Shown: positions 18,007-31,555, numbered from the stretch's first letter. The stretch: DNA of 64,000 nucleotides from an uncultured Chloroflexia bacterium (GCA_963828165.1 CAWHDR010000001.1:992001-1056000); one strand, 5' to 3'. Made by a program: numbers and translations. The notes: generated by a model not told the origin, from the sequence alone.

Positions 18007-18927
18007 TCAGCGGGCGGCCTCCACGGGCTGGCGGTCGGCTTCAGTCTCGTGATCGAGCTCGGGGCCCTTCGGTACGAGCAGGGCGTGGTCGGGGACGTCG
18101 ATCGCGAGCCCGGCTTCGCGCAAGATCGGGCCGTAGCCCTCTTCCTCGAGACGCAAGGCGAGGTCCTTGCGGCCGCTCTTGACGATGCGCCCCTCGGCCA
18201 GCACGTGGACGTAGTCCGGCTTGATGTAGTTGAGCAGGCGCTGGTAGTGCGTGATCAGGAGCACGCCAAGGTCCGGATTGAGCATCGAATTCACGCCCTC
18301 GGCGACGATTCGCAGCGCGTCGATGTCGAGGCCCGAGTCCGTCTCGTCGAGGATCGCCATCTCGGGCTCGAGCACGGCCATCTGGAGCATCTCGAGGCGC
18401 TTCTTCTCGCCGCCCGAGAAGCCCTCATTGACGTAGCGGGTGGCGAAGCCTTCGTCCATTCGCAGCAGCGCCATCTTCTCGCGCATCTTGTTACGGAAGT
18501 CGCGCATGGAGACCCCACCCTTGACCGTATCGGTCGGGTCGATGTCGGGGTCCTTGTCGATGCCCTGCAGCTTCGCGTTGAGCGCGCTTCGGATGAAGGA
18601 TGCGACGCTCAGGCCGGGGATGGCCGTGGGGTACTGGAAAGCGAGGAACAGACCGAGGCGCGACCGCTTGTCCGGAGAAAGCTTGAGGAGGTCGCGGCCC
18701 TTCCACAGAACCTCGCCGCTCTTCACGAGGTACGCGGGGTGGCCCATCAACGCGTAGGCGAGCGTCGTCTTGCCCGACCCGTTGGGGCCCATGATCGCGT
18801 GGACCTCGCCCTTCTTCACGGTCAGGTCGATGCCCTGGAGGATGTCCTGCTCGGGCTTCGCAGCGGGGGCGACCCGCAGATCGCGGATGACGAGGTCGTT
18901 GTCGGTCGGCTTGGTCTGGGCGGTCAC
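18007..18927 (-). CDS. sufC: Fe-S assembly ATPase
   Basis: MGPNGSGKTT, FQYP, NEGFSGGEKKR, LDETDSGLDIDAL, ITHYQRLL. GTG overlaps the rrf2 stop. Confidence 0.95.
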   Translation of the reverse strand: MTAQTKPTDNDLVIRDLRVAPAAKPEQDILQGIDLTVKKGEVHAIMGPNGSGKTTLAYALMGHPAYLVKSGEVLWKGRDLLKLSPDKRSRLGLFLAFQYPTAIPGLSVASFIRSALNAKLQGIDKDPDIDPTDTVKGGVSMRDFRNKMREKMALLRMDEGFATRYVNEGFSGGEKKRLEMLQMAVLEPEMAILDETDSGLDIDALRIVAEGVNSMLNPDLGVLLITHYQRLLNYIKPDYVHVLAEGRIVKSGRKDLALRLEEEGYGPILREAGLAIDVPDHALLVPKGPELDHETEADRQPVEAAR

Positions 18928-19448
18928 GATGGCGTCAGCGCTCCTTGGGTTTCGGTGGGGGCGTCGGGAGCGGCGGTCGCGAGCTCCGGCGCAAGATCGG
19001 CGAGGGTCATCGATTCGAGCGTCGAGGTGATGGCGTCGCGGACACGGACCCACAGCAGGTTGACCGTGCAGCGAGAAGATCGATCGCACACGAGCGCATG
19101 CTCGGGGTCGTCCGTGGCGCAGAACATCGGGGCGATCGGACCCTCGAGGGCGCGCAGGACGGCGCTCATGGTGATCGCCTCCGGTGGGCGCGAGAGCTCG
19201 TAGCCACCGTGCGCGCCGCGCGTACTGACCACCAGGCCCGCCTCGCGCAGGCTGACGACCAGCTGCTCGAGGTAGGCCCGCGGCAGGTCCTCCTCGGCGG
19301 CGATGCCGGCGAGGCTGGCCGGGCCCGTCCCGTAATGGCGGGCGAGCTGGACCATCAGGCGCACGCCGTACTCGCCCTTGGTCGAGAACGAGACCGCGCC
19401 GGAGCCGTGGTAGGCAGGGCGCAGGACGGTGGTGCTGATCGGGTTCAG
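18924..19448 (-). CDS. Rrf2-family (IscR-like) regulator with three Cys ligands
   Basis: STKGEYG, YLEQL, STRGAHGGY, and the C-terminal FCATDDPEHALVCDRSSRC. Probable CTG start 7 nt after GAGGGG. Confidence 0.88.
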   Translation of the reverse strand: MNPISTTVLRPAYHGSGAVSFSTKGEYGVRLMVQLARHYGTGPASLAGIAAEEDLPRAYLEQLVVSLREAGLVVSTRGAHGGYELSRPPEAITMSAVLRALEGPIAPMFCATDDPEHALVCDRSSRCTVNLLWVRVRDAITSTLESMTLADLAPELATAAPDAPTETQGALTPS

Positions 19449-19462
19449 GTTGGGTCCCCTCG

Positions 19463-19517
19463 ATATCCGAGTGAATTCGTCGGGATTGAGTCTAGGGCGG
19501 CGGGCGGAGAGCGTCAA
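19463..19517 (-). promoter_or_regulatory. Sigma70-type promoter with an adjacent IscR-type operator
   Basis: Minus strand TTGACG (19512-19517), 17 bp, TAGACT (19489-19494), then AATCCCGACGAATTCACTCGGATAT (19463-19487), which resembles the IscR type-1 consensus. Confidence 0.75.
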
Positions 19518-19539
19518 CGCGGCCGGGGCTCAGGATGGT

Positions 19540-21444
19540 TCAGGCCAAGGTTCCGACCGGATGGCGGGCCTTCAGGCGTCGCGCCAATTCGGCGGCCTGC
19601 TCGTAGCGCCCGAATGAGGGCATGACGTAGGTGCCCGCGACGCGGTCCCCGACGGCGTCGAGCAGTTCCTCGGTGATGCGCAGGCCGATCTCCGCGCCGT
19701 GCTCGCCGGCCTCGCGGAGGACGGCCCGGGTGGCATCCGGGATCGTGATGCCTGGGACCTCGTTGTGGAGGAACTCGGCGTGGCGGGTCGACTGGAGGGG
19801 CAGCACGCCGAGCAGGAGCGGAATCGGGAAGCCGTCGGCCCCGAAGCGGCGGCGCGACTCGTCGAACATCGCCTCGACCTGTTCGATCGAAAAGAGCGGC
19901 TGGGTCATGATCAGGTGGGCCCCGGCCGCGATCTTGCGCTCCAGCCGATCCCATTCCGTGGCCGCGTCGGCGGCCGTCGGGTCGAGCGCGCACGCGATCG
20001 TGAACCCGGCCTGCTGCCCGATCGGCGAACCCGCCGCATCCTCACCGCGGTTGAGGCGGGCCAGGATCTCGACCAGCCCGATCGAGTCGACGTCCCACAC
20101 CCCGGTCGCGCCCGGCAGGTCGCCGATCCGCGGCGGGTCCCCGGTCAGGGCCAGGATGTCGCGGACGCCGAGGGCGTGGGCGCCGAGCAGCTCGGACTCG
20201 AGCGCCATGAGGTTGCGGTCGCGCGTGGTGACGTGGACGACGCACTCGAGGTCGAGGTCGTGCTGGATCCCGAACGCCACGGCGAGCGCGCCCATCCGGA
20301 CCCTGGCCATCGCCGAGTCGCTGATGTTGACCACATCGACGCCGGAAGCCTGAAGGAGCCGGGCGGCCTCGATCGTGCGCTCGATGCGGACCGAACGTGG
20401 TGGATCGATCTCGACCGAGATGACGTAGCGACCTTCGGCGAGGGCGCGAGCCAGCCCAGTGGATGGCGGCGGCCCGTCGGCGGCAGCAGCGACTTCGGAC
20501 CGGATCGACGTGATCGCCGCGGGCGCTGCGGGCGCGGCCGCGGCGACGACCCCGTCCCCGGCGTGCGCATCGATCGCGCTCCGCATCGCCGCGATGTGCT
20601 CCGGCGTCGTGCCGCAGCACCCCCCGACGATCAACGCGCCCGCATCGAGCATGTCACCGACCATCCGTCCGAAGTAGTCAGGTCCGGCCGCGTAGACGAA
20701 CTGGCCCTCCACGCGCTGCGGCAGGCCGGCGTTCGGCAGGATGGCCCGGCCGGGCGCGCCCATCGCCGCGAGCGCATCCAGGCAGCCCACCGGCCCAGCA
20801 CCGCAGTTGACCCCGACGACATCGATGTCGGCGACGCCGGCCAAGGACGCCGCAGCGACACCGGGCGCGGTCCCGTCCGCGAGCGCGAGGTCCTCGCCGA
20901 ACGTCAGCAGGGCCACGATCGGCAGGTCGGCCGCAGCGGCCCGCGCCTCTTCGACCGCGATCCCCAGGTGGTCGATGAGCGCGAAGGTTTCGAACCAGAA
21001 CAGGTCGGCACCGCCTTCGAGGAGCCCGTCGACGGTCTCCCGAATGGCGCTCCGGATGGCCCCCTCGTCGAGGTGCAGGATCTCGCGCGTCGGCGCGCCG
21101 AGCGGTCCGATGGACCCGGCCACGAGCACGTCCCGGCCCGAGACGTCGCGGGCCTCGCGCGCGATCTGGGCGCCACGCCGTGCGAACCGACCCGCCTGCT
21201 CGCCCAGTCCATAGGGCGCGAGTCGGATGCGGTTCGCCCCGAAGGTTGAGGTCTCGATGATGTCCGCGCCGGCGGCCAGGTACTCGCGATGGATCGCCCC
21301 GATGAGCTCGGGCCGGGTCGCGACGAGCTCGTCCAGCACGGCGCGCTGCGGGATCCCGCGGGAGAACAGCAGCGTGCCCATCGCCCCGTCTGCCAGCAGC
21401 GGGCCGGCAGCCAGGCGCTCACGGAATCGGTCGCGGTCCCCCAC
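19540..21444 (-). CDS. yitJ: Bifunctional homocysteine S-methyltransferase / methylenetetrahydrofolate reductase
   Basis: DGAMGT, GVNC, PNAGLP and GGCCGT, followed by an MTHFR domain (VEIDPP, TTRDRN, LTGDPP, MTQP). Confidence 0.9.
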   Translation of the reverse strand: MGDRDRFRERLAAGPLLADGAMGTLLFSRGIPQRAVLDELVATRPELIGAIHREYLAAGADIIETSTFGANRIRLAPYGLGEQAGRFARRGAQIAREARDVSGRDVLVAGSIGPLGAPTREILHLDEGAIRSAIRETVDGLLEGGADLFWFETFALIDHLGIAVEEARAAAADLPIVALLTFGEDLALADGTAPGVAAASLAGVADIDVVGVNCGAGPVGCLDALAAMGAPGRAILPNAGLPQRVEGQFVYAAGPDYFGRMVGDMLDAGALIVGGCCGTTPEHIAAMRSAIDAHAGDGVVAAAAPAAPAAITSIRSEVAAAADGPPPSTGLARALAEGRYVISVEIDPPRSVRIERTIEAARLLQASGVDVVNISDSAMARVRMGALAVAFGIQHDLDLECVVHVTTRDRNLMALESELLGAHALGVRDILALTGDPPRIGDLPGATGVWDVDSIGLVEILARLNRGEDAAGSPIGQQAGFTIACALDPTAADAATEWDRLERKIAAGAHLIMTQPLFSIEQVEAMFDESRRRFGADGFPIPLLLGVLPLQSTRHAEFLHNEVPGITIPDATRAVLREAGEHGAEIGLRITEELLDAVGDRVAGTYVMPSFGRYEQAAELARRLKARHPVGTLA

Positions 21445-21447
21445 CGG

Positions 21448-25188
<3,741 letters not shown>

Positions 25189-25309
25189 CGCAGCGTTGGC
25201 GTCCGATCGGTCATGTTCGGTCTCCGATTCGCAGGTCTCGACGCTGGACGGCACCAGCGGTGCGGACTCGGACGACCTGATCGGAACGAGGGTCTCCGGA
25301 GGGAGTGTC

Positions 25310-25415
25310 CCTTATCTCGCAGGAGGCACCTGCCCGGACTTGGCACCTTGCCGACGTCGCGTCGGTAGGTTGTCGTGGCTTCAACGGGCCGGTCCCTCCG
25401 CCACTCGTGATAAAA
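25310..25415 (-). ncRNA. SAM-I (S-box) riboswitch
   Basis: Minus strand TTATCACGAGTGGCGGAGGGACCGGCCCGTTGAAGCCACGACAACC...GGTGCCAAGTCC..GCAG..CTGCGAGATAAG, upstream of metH. Confidence 0.92.
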
Positions 25416-25526
25416 GCCCTCTTCGGTTGTGAGGCGATGATGAACCATCAAAGTCCGGTCCGGCAACCGTACGAGGGTCCGGGGGCCACCTACACGCGAT
25501 GTGCGGTCATGCCGCACGATGGCCCG

Positions 25527-26723
25527 ATGCGGATCCTCGTCTCCAGCACGCCCGGTCTCGGTCATCTGCTGCCGATGCTGCCGCTCGCGCGGGCCGCCCG
25601 AGAACGTGGCCACCAGGTCGTGATCGCCAGCGGCAGTGCACTCGCGGATGTCGCGGCCGCCGCGGGATTTCCGCACGAAGCCATGGGTCCGGCCACGATC
25701 GGAGCGGTCGTGGACGATATCCCCGAGCTGGTCGGACTGACCGGGCGACGGCGTGCCGTCGTCACCCTCCGGCGCGCCTTCTGCGAGACCATCGCTCCAG
25801 CGATGGCAGACGGCGTATCCGAACTGGCCGAGCGTTGGCGACCGGACGTCATCGTCCACGAGGATCGGGAACTGGGCTCGTGGGTGGCTGCGGACCGGCT
25901 GGGCATCCCGCACGTCACCGTGCAGGCGACTGCCTGGCGCCCGCGGATGACCGACATCGGCGACGAACCGCTCAACGCTCTGCGCGAGCGCTACGGTCTG
26001 GCCCGCGACGATGGACTCGCGGGCCTCTACGGCCGGCTCTTTCTGACGACACGGCCTCGGTCGCTGCGCGAGGGCGATGCGCCGCTGCCCGAGACGACCG
26101 CCGAGCTCCGGCCGATCGCCGATGACCGACTCACAGCCACCACCGCGCCGGACGAGGACCCGTTCCCGCCCCGCGATGGGCGGTCTCGTGTCGCGATCAC
26201 GCTTGGCACCGTGAACTACGACCAGGTCGCGGTCCTGCGGGCCCTCATCGATGGCGCGGTCGCGGCCGGCGCGCACGTCGTCGTCGCGCTTGGCGCGGAC
26301 CCCGCGTCACTGGGCGCGGTCCCTGATGGCGTTTCGGTCCACGCCTATGTGCCGATGTCCCTACTGCTCCCGGCTGCGGACGTCGTCGCGTTCCACGGCG
26401 GCTCTGGGACGATGCTCGCCGCGTTGGCGGCAGGCACGCCGATGATCATCGTGCCGTTCGCAGCGGACCAGCCGGACAACGCCGACCGATGCCTCGCCGC
26501 GGGCGTGGCCCGCGTGCTCACGCCCGTGAGCCTGGACGCCAGAGCCGTGACCGCCGCGGTCGAAGCCATCGTGTCCGGCCCCGACTATGGGCGTCGCGCG
26601 CGTGAGGTCGCCGACGAGGTCGCGGCCATGCCGGGCCCGGACGTCGCCGTCGATCGGATCGAAACGATCGTGGGCTCGGCGGCGCGGCGATCGCCCGACG
26701 ACGTACCCTCGCCACGTGACTGA
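25527..26723 (+). CDS. GT1-family glycosyltransferase (EryCIII/MGT-like)
   Basis: MRILV..GHLLP, ITLGT, FHGGSGT, PFAADQPDNA. Confidence 0.85.
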   Translation: MRILVSSTPGLGHLLPMLPLARAARERGHQVVIASGSALADVAAAAGFPHEAMGPATIGAVVDDIPELVGLTGRRRAVVTLRRAFCETIAPAMADGVSELAERWRPDVIVHEDRELGSWVAADRLGIPHVTVQATAWRPRMTDIGDEPLNALRERYGLARDDGLAGLYGRLFLTTRPRSLREGDAPLPETTAELRPIADDRLTATTAPDEDPFPPRDGRSRVAITLGTVNYDQVAVLRALIDGAVAAGAHVVVALGADPASLGAVPDGVSVHAYVPMSLLLPAADVVAFHGGSGTMLAALAAGTPMIIVPFAADQPDNADRCLAAGVARVLTPVSLDARAVTAAVEAIVSGPDYGRRAREVADEVAAMPGPDVAVDRIETIVGSAARRSPDDVPSPRD

Positions 26724-27195
26724 CGAGACAGCGAGCCAGCGACCAGCCCGCCTCGAGCGGTTCTCGACCGGATTCGCAGCCGTCGCCGATGCCCTGGACG
26801 GCGCCGACGACGAGAGCCTCGACCGCCGCGGCCCGTCGGGTGAATGGTCGGCGCGCGAGATCGCGCACCACCTCGCGGACAGCGAGTCGATGGCCTACGT
26901 CCGACTGCGCCGGCTGATCGCCGAGGACGAGCCGGTCATCGCCGGTTACGACGAACCGGAGTGGGCACGCCGGCTCCATTACGAGCGACCGATCGAGACA
27001 TCGCTCGAAGTCCTCCAGGCCGTCCGCGGCGCAAGCCAGCAGCTCCTCATGACCCTGACGCCCGACGAATGGGGTCGCCGAGGCAGACACAGCGACTCCG
27101 GCGAGTACTCGGTGGACGACTGGCTCAGGATCTATTCCGAGCACTCGCACGACCACGCCGACCAGATCCGGCGGGCCCGGCGGGGCGAGGACTGA
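26716..27195 (+). CDS. DinB-family protein
   Basis: WSAREIAHHLADSE and EHSHDHADQI give the His triad. Confidence 0.85.
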   Translation: MTDETASQRPARLERFSTGFAAVADALDGADDESLDRRGPSGEWSAREIAHHLADSESMAYVRLRRLIAEDEPVIAGYDEPEWARRLHYERPIETSLEVLQAVRGASQQLLMTLTPDEWGRRGRHSDSGEYSVDDWLRIYSEHSHDHADQIRRARRGED

Positions 27196-27227
27196 CGATG
27201 CCGAGCCGCGACCGAAGCGCCCGGCGG

Positions 27228-28652
27228 CTAGGACCCCCGGCCGACCGCGGGTGCGCTCGTCGGACCGACGCCCGATCGTGCCGGCTCCCGCAGGTCTGCT
27301 GCGCCTTCGCCGAAGGCACGTCCCAGTGCCAGGACCACGACGGCACCCGTCACGAGGCCCGCCGCCTCGATCAACGGGAGGTCGAAGAACGCGCCGCCCG
27401 CGCCGAGGCCCTCGGCCATCCAGAGCAGGCCGGCGACCGCGCTTCCGATGGCGGCCACCCGGCCGGTCCGAGCCAGCCAGCGGGGCGCGGCAACGGCGCT
27501 CAAGAAGGCCGTCGCGCAGAGCACCGCCGCGGGAGCGCCGATGGTCATGTACGTGAACGGTTCGATGCCGGCGATGCCCAGGGCGACCTGCCCCAGCACC
27601 ACGGCCACGCCGCCCAGTCCAACAAGGGCGGTCCAGGTGCTCGCGCCCGGCCGCGACCGCGGTTCCAGGGCCACGGCGATCGCGGCCAGCGGCACGAACA
27701 CGACGGCGAGCCAGGTGAGCGGGACGGTGGGCTCGGCCAGCGGTGAGAGCGGTGGACACGCATCGAAGCAATCGAAGATGCCCGGCGGCCATCGGCCGAG
27801 GAGCACGGTCGGGACGAAGAGGACCGCGCCCAAACCCGCCCAGACCGCGGCCGACGTAGGGCGCCGACCGCCTGAGGACGGCGAGACATCCCGATCGCCG
27901 GCTTCGGTCGGGGCCCCGGTCCGGGACGCCAGCCCATCGGCACGCGGCCCCGAACGTGGTGCCCGCAGGCCCATCGCCGTGGCCCCGATCCCCAGGATCA
28001 GGTGGTTCCATGATGGCGGCGCCGACAGGGCCAGCACCACATCCAGCGACGCCGCGAGCGACCCGACCCCGAACAGGACGAGCAGCCAGCCCGATCCATA
28101 CCACCACGCCGTCATCGCCACCGCGACGCCGACAAGCGTTGGCACGGCAACCAGGAGGATCGACGGCAGGGCGGCATCTCGGATGGACAGGTACGGCGCC
28201 ACCAGGGTGATCACGGTGAATCCGAAGAGGGCGGCCGCCGCCAGGCGATGCCCACCGGTCTGCGGAGGAGCCTCGGAGTCGGCCGGCGAGTGGGTCGCGA
28301 TCGCCCCGAGAAGCGCGACCGTGGCGAGCCCGCCGACGATCACGGCAGGGATCACCGAGCCGAGCGACCCGAACGGTCCCATCGTCGCGCTCAACGCGCT
28401 CGCCGCAGTGCCGACGATCAGCGCGACATCTGCGACGACGAGCATCGCCCGACCGCCGGGCCGGCCCGTACCGACGAACGCCATCCCGAGTGCCAGACCC
28501 ACCAATGCGACGCTGAACGACGACGCGAGACTCGTTCCGACGAACCTCGAAGCGGGAGCCAGGTCGATGACCGCCGCCGCGACCGCCACCGCGAACAGCA
28601 GCCCGTGGACGATCCGCAGGCGGTCCCACCGCCGTTCGCCCGGAGGCGTCAA
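27228..28652 (-). CDS. Polytopic membrane protein, unknown function
   Basis: Many hydrophobic helices; TTG start overlaps the DinB stop (TTGA). Confidence 0.6.
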   Translation of the reverse strand: MTPPGERRWDRLRIVHGLLFAVAVAAAVIDLAPASRFVGTSLASSFSVALVGLALGMAFVGTGRPGGRAMLVVADVALIVGTAASALSATMGPFGSLGSVIPAVIVGGLATVALLGAIATHSPADSEAPPQTGGHRLAAAALFGFTVITLVAPYLSIRDAALPSILLVAVPTLVGVAVAMTAWWYGSGWLLVLFGVGSLAASLDVVLALSAPPSWNHLILGIGATAMGLRAPRSGPRADGLASRTGAPTEAGDRDVSPSSGGRRPTSAAVWAGLGAVLFVPTVLLGRWPPGIFDCFDACPPLSPLAEPTVPLTWLAVVFVPLAAIAVALEPRSRPGASTWTALVGLGGVAVVLGQVALGIAGIEPFTYMTIGAPAAVLCATAFLSAVAAPRWLARTGRVAAIGSAVAGLLWMAEGLGAGGAFFDLPLIEAAGLVTGAVVVLALGRAFGEGAADLREPARSGVGPTSAPAVGRGS

Positions 28653-29134
28653 CCGGAGCCCACCGTTCCGGGCGGGGCGACGCCGCCCACCAAGCCTGCG
28701 ATGTGCTCCTCGTCGTGATCGATCGCGAGGCGCAGTAGCCCGGCCACGTCGAGCCGCCCGTAGGTCGCATGTACGCCGGTCCTGGTCCAGGCAGCGTCGT
28801 CGAAGATCCGTAAGAGATCGACCGTGCTCGCCCGCAGGCGGCCGAACAGCCCGAGGACATGATCCAGCGATGCATCGTCGAAGCCGGGGAGCGGGCCAGG
28901 TTCGGTCCACGACCACTTCGGCTCGCCGCCGGCGACCAGCGTGGCCAGGCGGGACAACCAGACCTCGCCCTCGACCGCCATGAGGTGGCGCACGACCTGG
29001 GCGGGGGTCCACTCCCCGGCGGGCACCGGTCGTCCTTCGGCAGCGCGGGCGGCGTCGGCGAGCCGGGTCGGGAAGGATGCGAAGCGCTCGACGAGCTCGG
29101 CCCGGCCCTCAGGCACGGCGCCCGTAGCCTCCAT
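28649..29134 (-). CDS. DinB-family protein
   Basis: WTPAQVVRHL, GVHATYG, DHDEEH; TGATG overlap with metF. Confidence 0.8.
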   Translation of the reverse strand: MEATGAVPEGRAELVERFASFPTRLADAARAAEGRPVPAGEWTPAQVVRHLMAVEGEVWLSRLATLVAGGEPKWSWTEPGPLPGFDDASLDHVLGLFGRLRASTVDLLRIFDDAAWTRTGVHATYGRLDVAGLLRLAIDHDEEHIAGLVGGVAPPGTVGSG

Positions 29135-30009
29135 CAGGCCGCTGGGACCGCGAGCTTGTCGAGATACCCCAGCCGCCAGCGCTCCGTGATGTCGACCGCG
29201 TTGAACGTGTACAGGTGCATGTCGACGATGCCGTTGGCCGCATCGGCGATGACCGGGGCAAGGCCCTCCAGCAGCCCGTCCGGGCGATAGAACCCGCCTG
29301 AGCGGATGAGTCGAGCGATGAACTGCGTGTTCTTGACCAGGAACCGGTGCGTGTCGGCCACCCCGATGCGGGCGCTGATCGCGAGCAGCCGTTGCGGCTC
29401 GGCCACGCCCGGAAGCCCGATGTGGACGGGCAATGCAAGGCCCTCCCCACGACGGTCCGCCAGCCACGACCTGATCGCGGCCGGATCGAAGCAGAGCTGG
29501 GTCGTCATGTAGCTCGCGAATTCCGCCTTCGCCCGCAGGGCTTCGAGCAGCGGCGCGTCCGCGATGAACGCGTGGCCCTGCGGATAGCACGGGATCCCGA
29601 TCTCGGACAGCGGGTGGCCGATCTCGGCCATCTCCCGAAGCAACGACAGCCCGTCGACGAATTCGCCCGGCTCCTTGGCATCCCCGCCCACGATGAACGC
29701 GCGGTCGACACCGGCGTTCTCGAGCCACGCGATCAGGTCGGCGAGATGGGCGCGGTCGCGGATCATGCGCGCGGAGAGATGCGGCACGGCGCGGAACCCG
29801 AGCGCCTGGAGCTGCTCGCACAGCTCGACGGTGGCCTCGATGCCCTTCGCCGGCGATGCCGTCACCGACACCGTGGCGCCCGCGGGCAGGAACGACGCCT
29901 GTTCCAGCGCGTTCTTCAACGGCACGAGCTCGAACGTCGGTGCGCGCAGGACGGCCGCAAGCGCCGCAGACTGGGACGGCGTCAGCGAGGATCGGCGGCG
30001 GAAGAGCAC
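29134..30009 (-). CDS. metF: Methylenetetrahydrofolate reductase
   Basis: PHLSAR, VGGD, YPQGH, TTQLCFD, HLYTFN. Confidence 0.85.
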   Translation of the reverse strand: MLFRRRSSLTPSQSAALAAVLRAPTFELVPLKNALEQASFLPAGATVSVTASPAKGIEATVELCEQLQALGFRAVPHLSARMIRDRAHLADLIAWLENAGVDRAFIVGGDAKEPGEFVDGLSLLREMAEIGHPLSEIGIPCYPQGHAFIADAPLLEALRAKAEFASYMTTQLCFDPAAIRSWLADRRGEGLALPVHIGLPGVAEPQRLLAISARIGVADTHRFLVKNTQFIARLIRSGGFYRPDGLLEGLAPVIADAANGIVDMHLYTFNAVDITERWRLGYLDKLAVPAA

Positions 30010-30013
30010 GTCG

Positions 30014-31555
30014 TCAGACCTCCGAATCCGGCATCGATGCCTTGCGCCGGATCATGAACTCGAGCAGCGCCTCGTCCACGCCGGGGTCGATCGGCGGAGC
30101 CTCGTACTCGGCCAGCATCCGCTTCCAGATCGCGTTGGCGCGCTGGGGCGCGTCCAGACCGCCGTCCTCCGACCATTGCTCGAAGCTGTTGTTGTCGGCG
30201 ATCTCGCTGCGGTAGAACGCGTTCTCGAAGTTCGCCAGCGTGTGGGCGGTGCCCAGGAAGTGCTGGCCCGGCCCGTTCGAGCGGATGGCGTCGAGCGCCT
30301 GGCCATTCTCGGACAGGTCCACGCCCTTCACGAAGACCGCCATCATCCCCAGCTGGTCGGCGTCCATGATGAATTTCTCGTAGCCGACGGCGAGGCCGCC
30401 TTCGAGCCAGCCGGCGGCGTGGAGGACGAAGTTGACCCCACCGAGCACGGTGGGCTGCAGCGTCGCCGCACTCTCGTAGGCCGCCTGCGCATCGGCGATC
30501 TTCGAGGCGCACAGCGAGCCGCCGGAGCGGAACGGGACGCCGAGCCGCCGGGCGAGCGCGGCCATCACGTACAGCACGAGGGCCGGCTCCGGCGTCCCGA
30601 ACGTCGGCGCGCCGGACTGCATGGACATCGAGCTCGCGAACGAGCCCAGCACGACCGGCGCTCCCGGCCTGACGAGCTGCACGAAGGTCATGCCCGCGAG
30701 TGATTCCGCGAGCGTCTGGGCGGCAACGCCGGCGGCGGTGACCGGTGCCATCGCACCCGCGAGGATGAACGGGGTCATGAGCGTCGCCTGGTTGGCCTCG
30801 GCATACGCGCGGGCCGCCCCGAGCATCGTCGAGTCCCACACGAGCGGCGAGTTCGCGTTGATCAGGCTGAGGATCACGCAGTGGTCCTCGAGGTAGTCCG
30901 CGCCGAAGGTCAGCCGCGCCATCTCGACCGTGTCGCGGGCACGCTCGGGCGCGGTCACGGAGCCCATGAACGGCTTGTCGCTGTAGCGGATATGCGAGTA
31001 GACCATGTCCAGGTGGCGCTTGTTGACCGGGACATCGACCGGCTCGCAGACCGTCCCGCCACTGTGGTGCAGGTGCGGGCTCATGTAGGCGAGCTTCACG
31101 AAGTTGCGGAAGTCCTCGATCGTGCCGTAGCGCCGGCCGCGGTCCAGGTCGCGCACGAACGGCGAGCCGTAGTTCGGGGCGAAGACCGTGTGCATCCCGC
31201 CGATCTCGACGTTGTTCGCCTCGTTGCGCGCGTACTGGGTGAACTGGCGCGGTGCCGTCGCCTCGACGATCTGCCGGCACATCCCGCGCGGGAACCTGAC
31301 ACGCTCGCCCTCGACGTCGGCCCCCGCGTCGCGCAGCAGCCGGAGCGCGTCCTCATCACCGCGGAACTCGATGCCGACCTCTTCGAGGATCGTGTCGGCG
31401 TTATGCTCGATGATCGAGAGGCCCTCCTCGCCGAGGACCTCGAACGGGGCGAGCGTGCGGGTCAGGAACGGGAGCCGCTCGACCTGGTGGCTGAGTCGCA
31501 CGGCTCGGCGGCCCTCCCGGCCACCAGTGCGGCGGTTGCCCATCGTCTCGCTCAT
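30014..31555 (-). CDS. MttB-superfamily (non-pyrrolysine) quaternary-amine:corrinoid methyltransferase, MtgB-like
   Basis: LEEVGIEF, CEPVDVP, NANSPL, PFILAGAMAP, SGAPTFGTPE, SKIADAQA, HAAGWLEGGL; no in-frame TAG. Confidence 0.9.
   Translation of the reverse strand: MSETMGNRRTGGREGRRAVRLSHQVERLPFLTRTLAPFEVLGEEGLSIIEHNADTILEEVGIEFRGDEDALRLLRDAGADVEGERVRFPRGMCRQIVEATAPRQFTQYARNEANNVEIGGMHTVFAPNYGSPFVRDLDRGRRYGTIEDFRNFVKLAYMSPHLHHSGGTVCEPVDVPVNKRHLDMVYSHIRYSDKPFMGSVTAPERARDTVEMARLTFGADYLEDHCVILSLINANSPLVWDSTMLGAARAYAEANQATLMTPFILAGAMAPVTAAGVAAQTLAESLAGMTFVQLVRPGAPVVLGSFASSMSMQSGAPTFGTPEPALVLYVMAALARRLGVPFRSGGSLCASKIADAQAAYESAATLQPTVLGGVNFVLHAAGWLEGGLAVGYEKFIMDADQLGMMAVFVKGVDLSENGQALDAIRSNGPGQHFLGTAHTLANFENAFYRSEIADNNSFEQWSEDGGLDAPQRANAIWKRMLAEYEAPPIDPGVDEALLEFMIRRKASMPDSEV

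Noticed and set aside
30014-31555. Pyrrolysine-containing trimethylamine methyltransferase
   Set aside because: No in-frame TAG in the gene and no pyl genes in the window.
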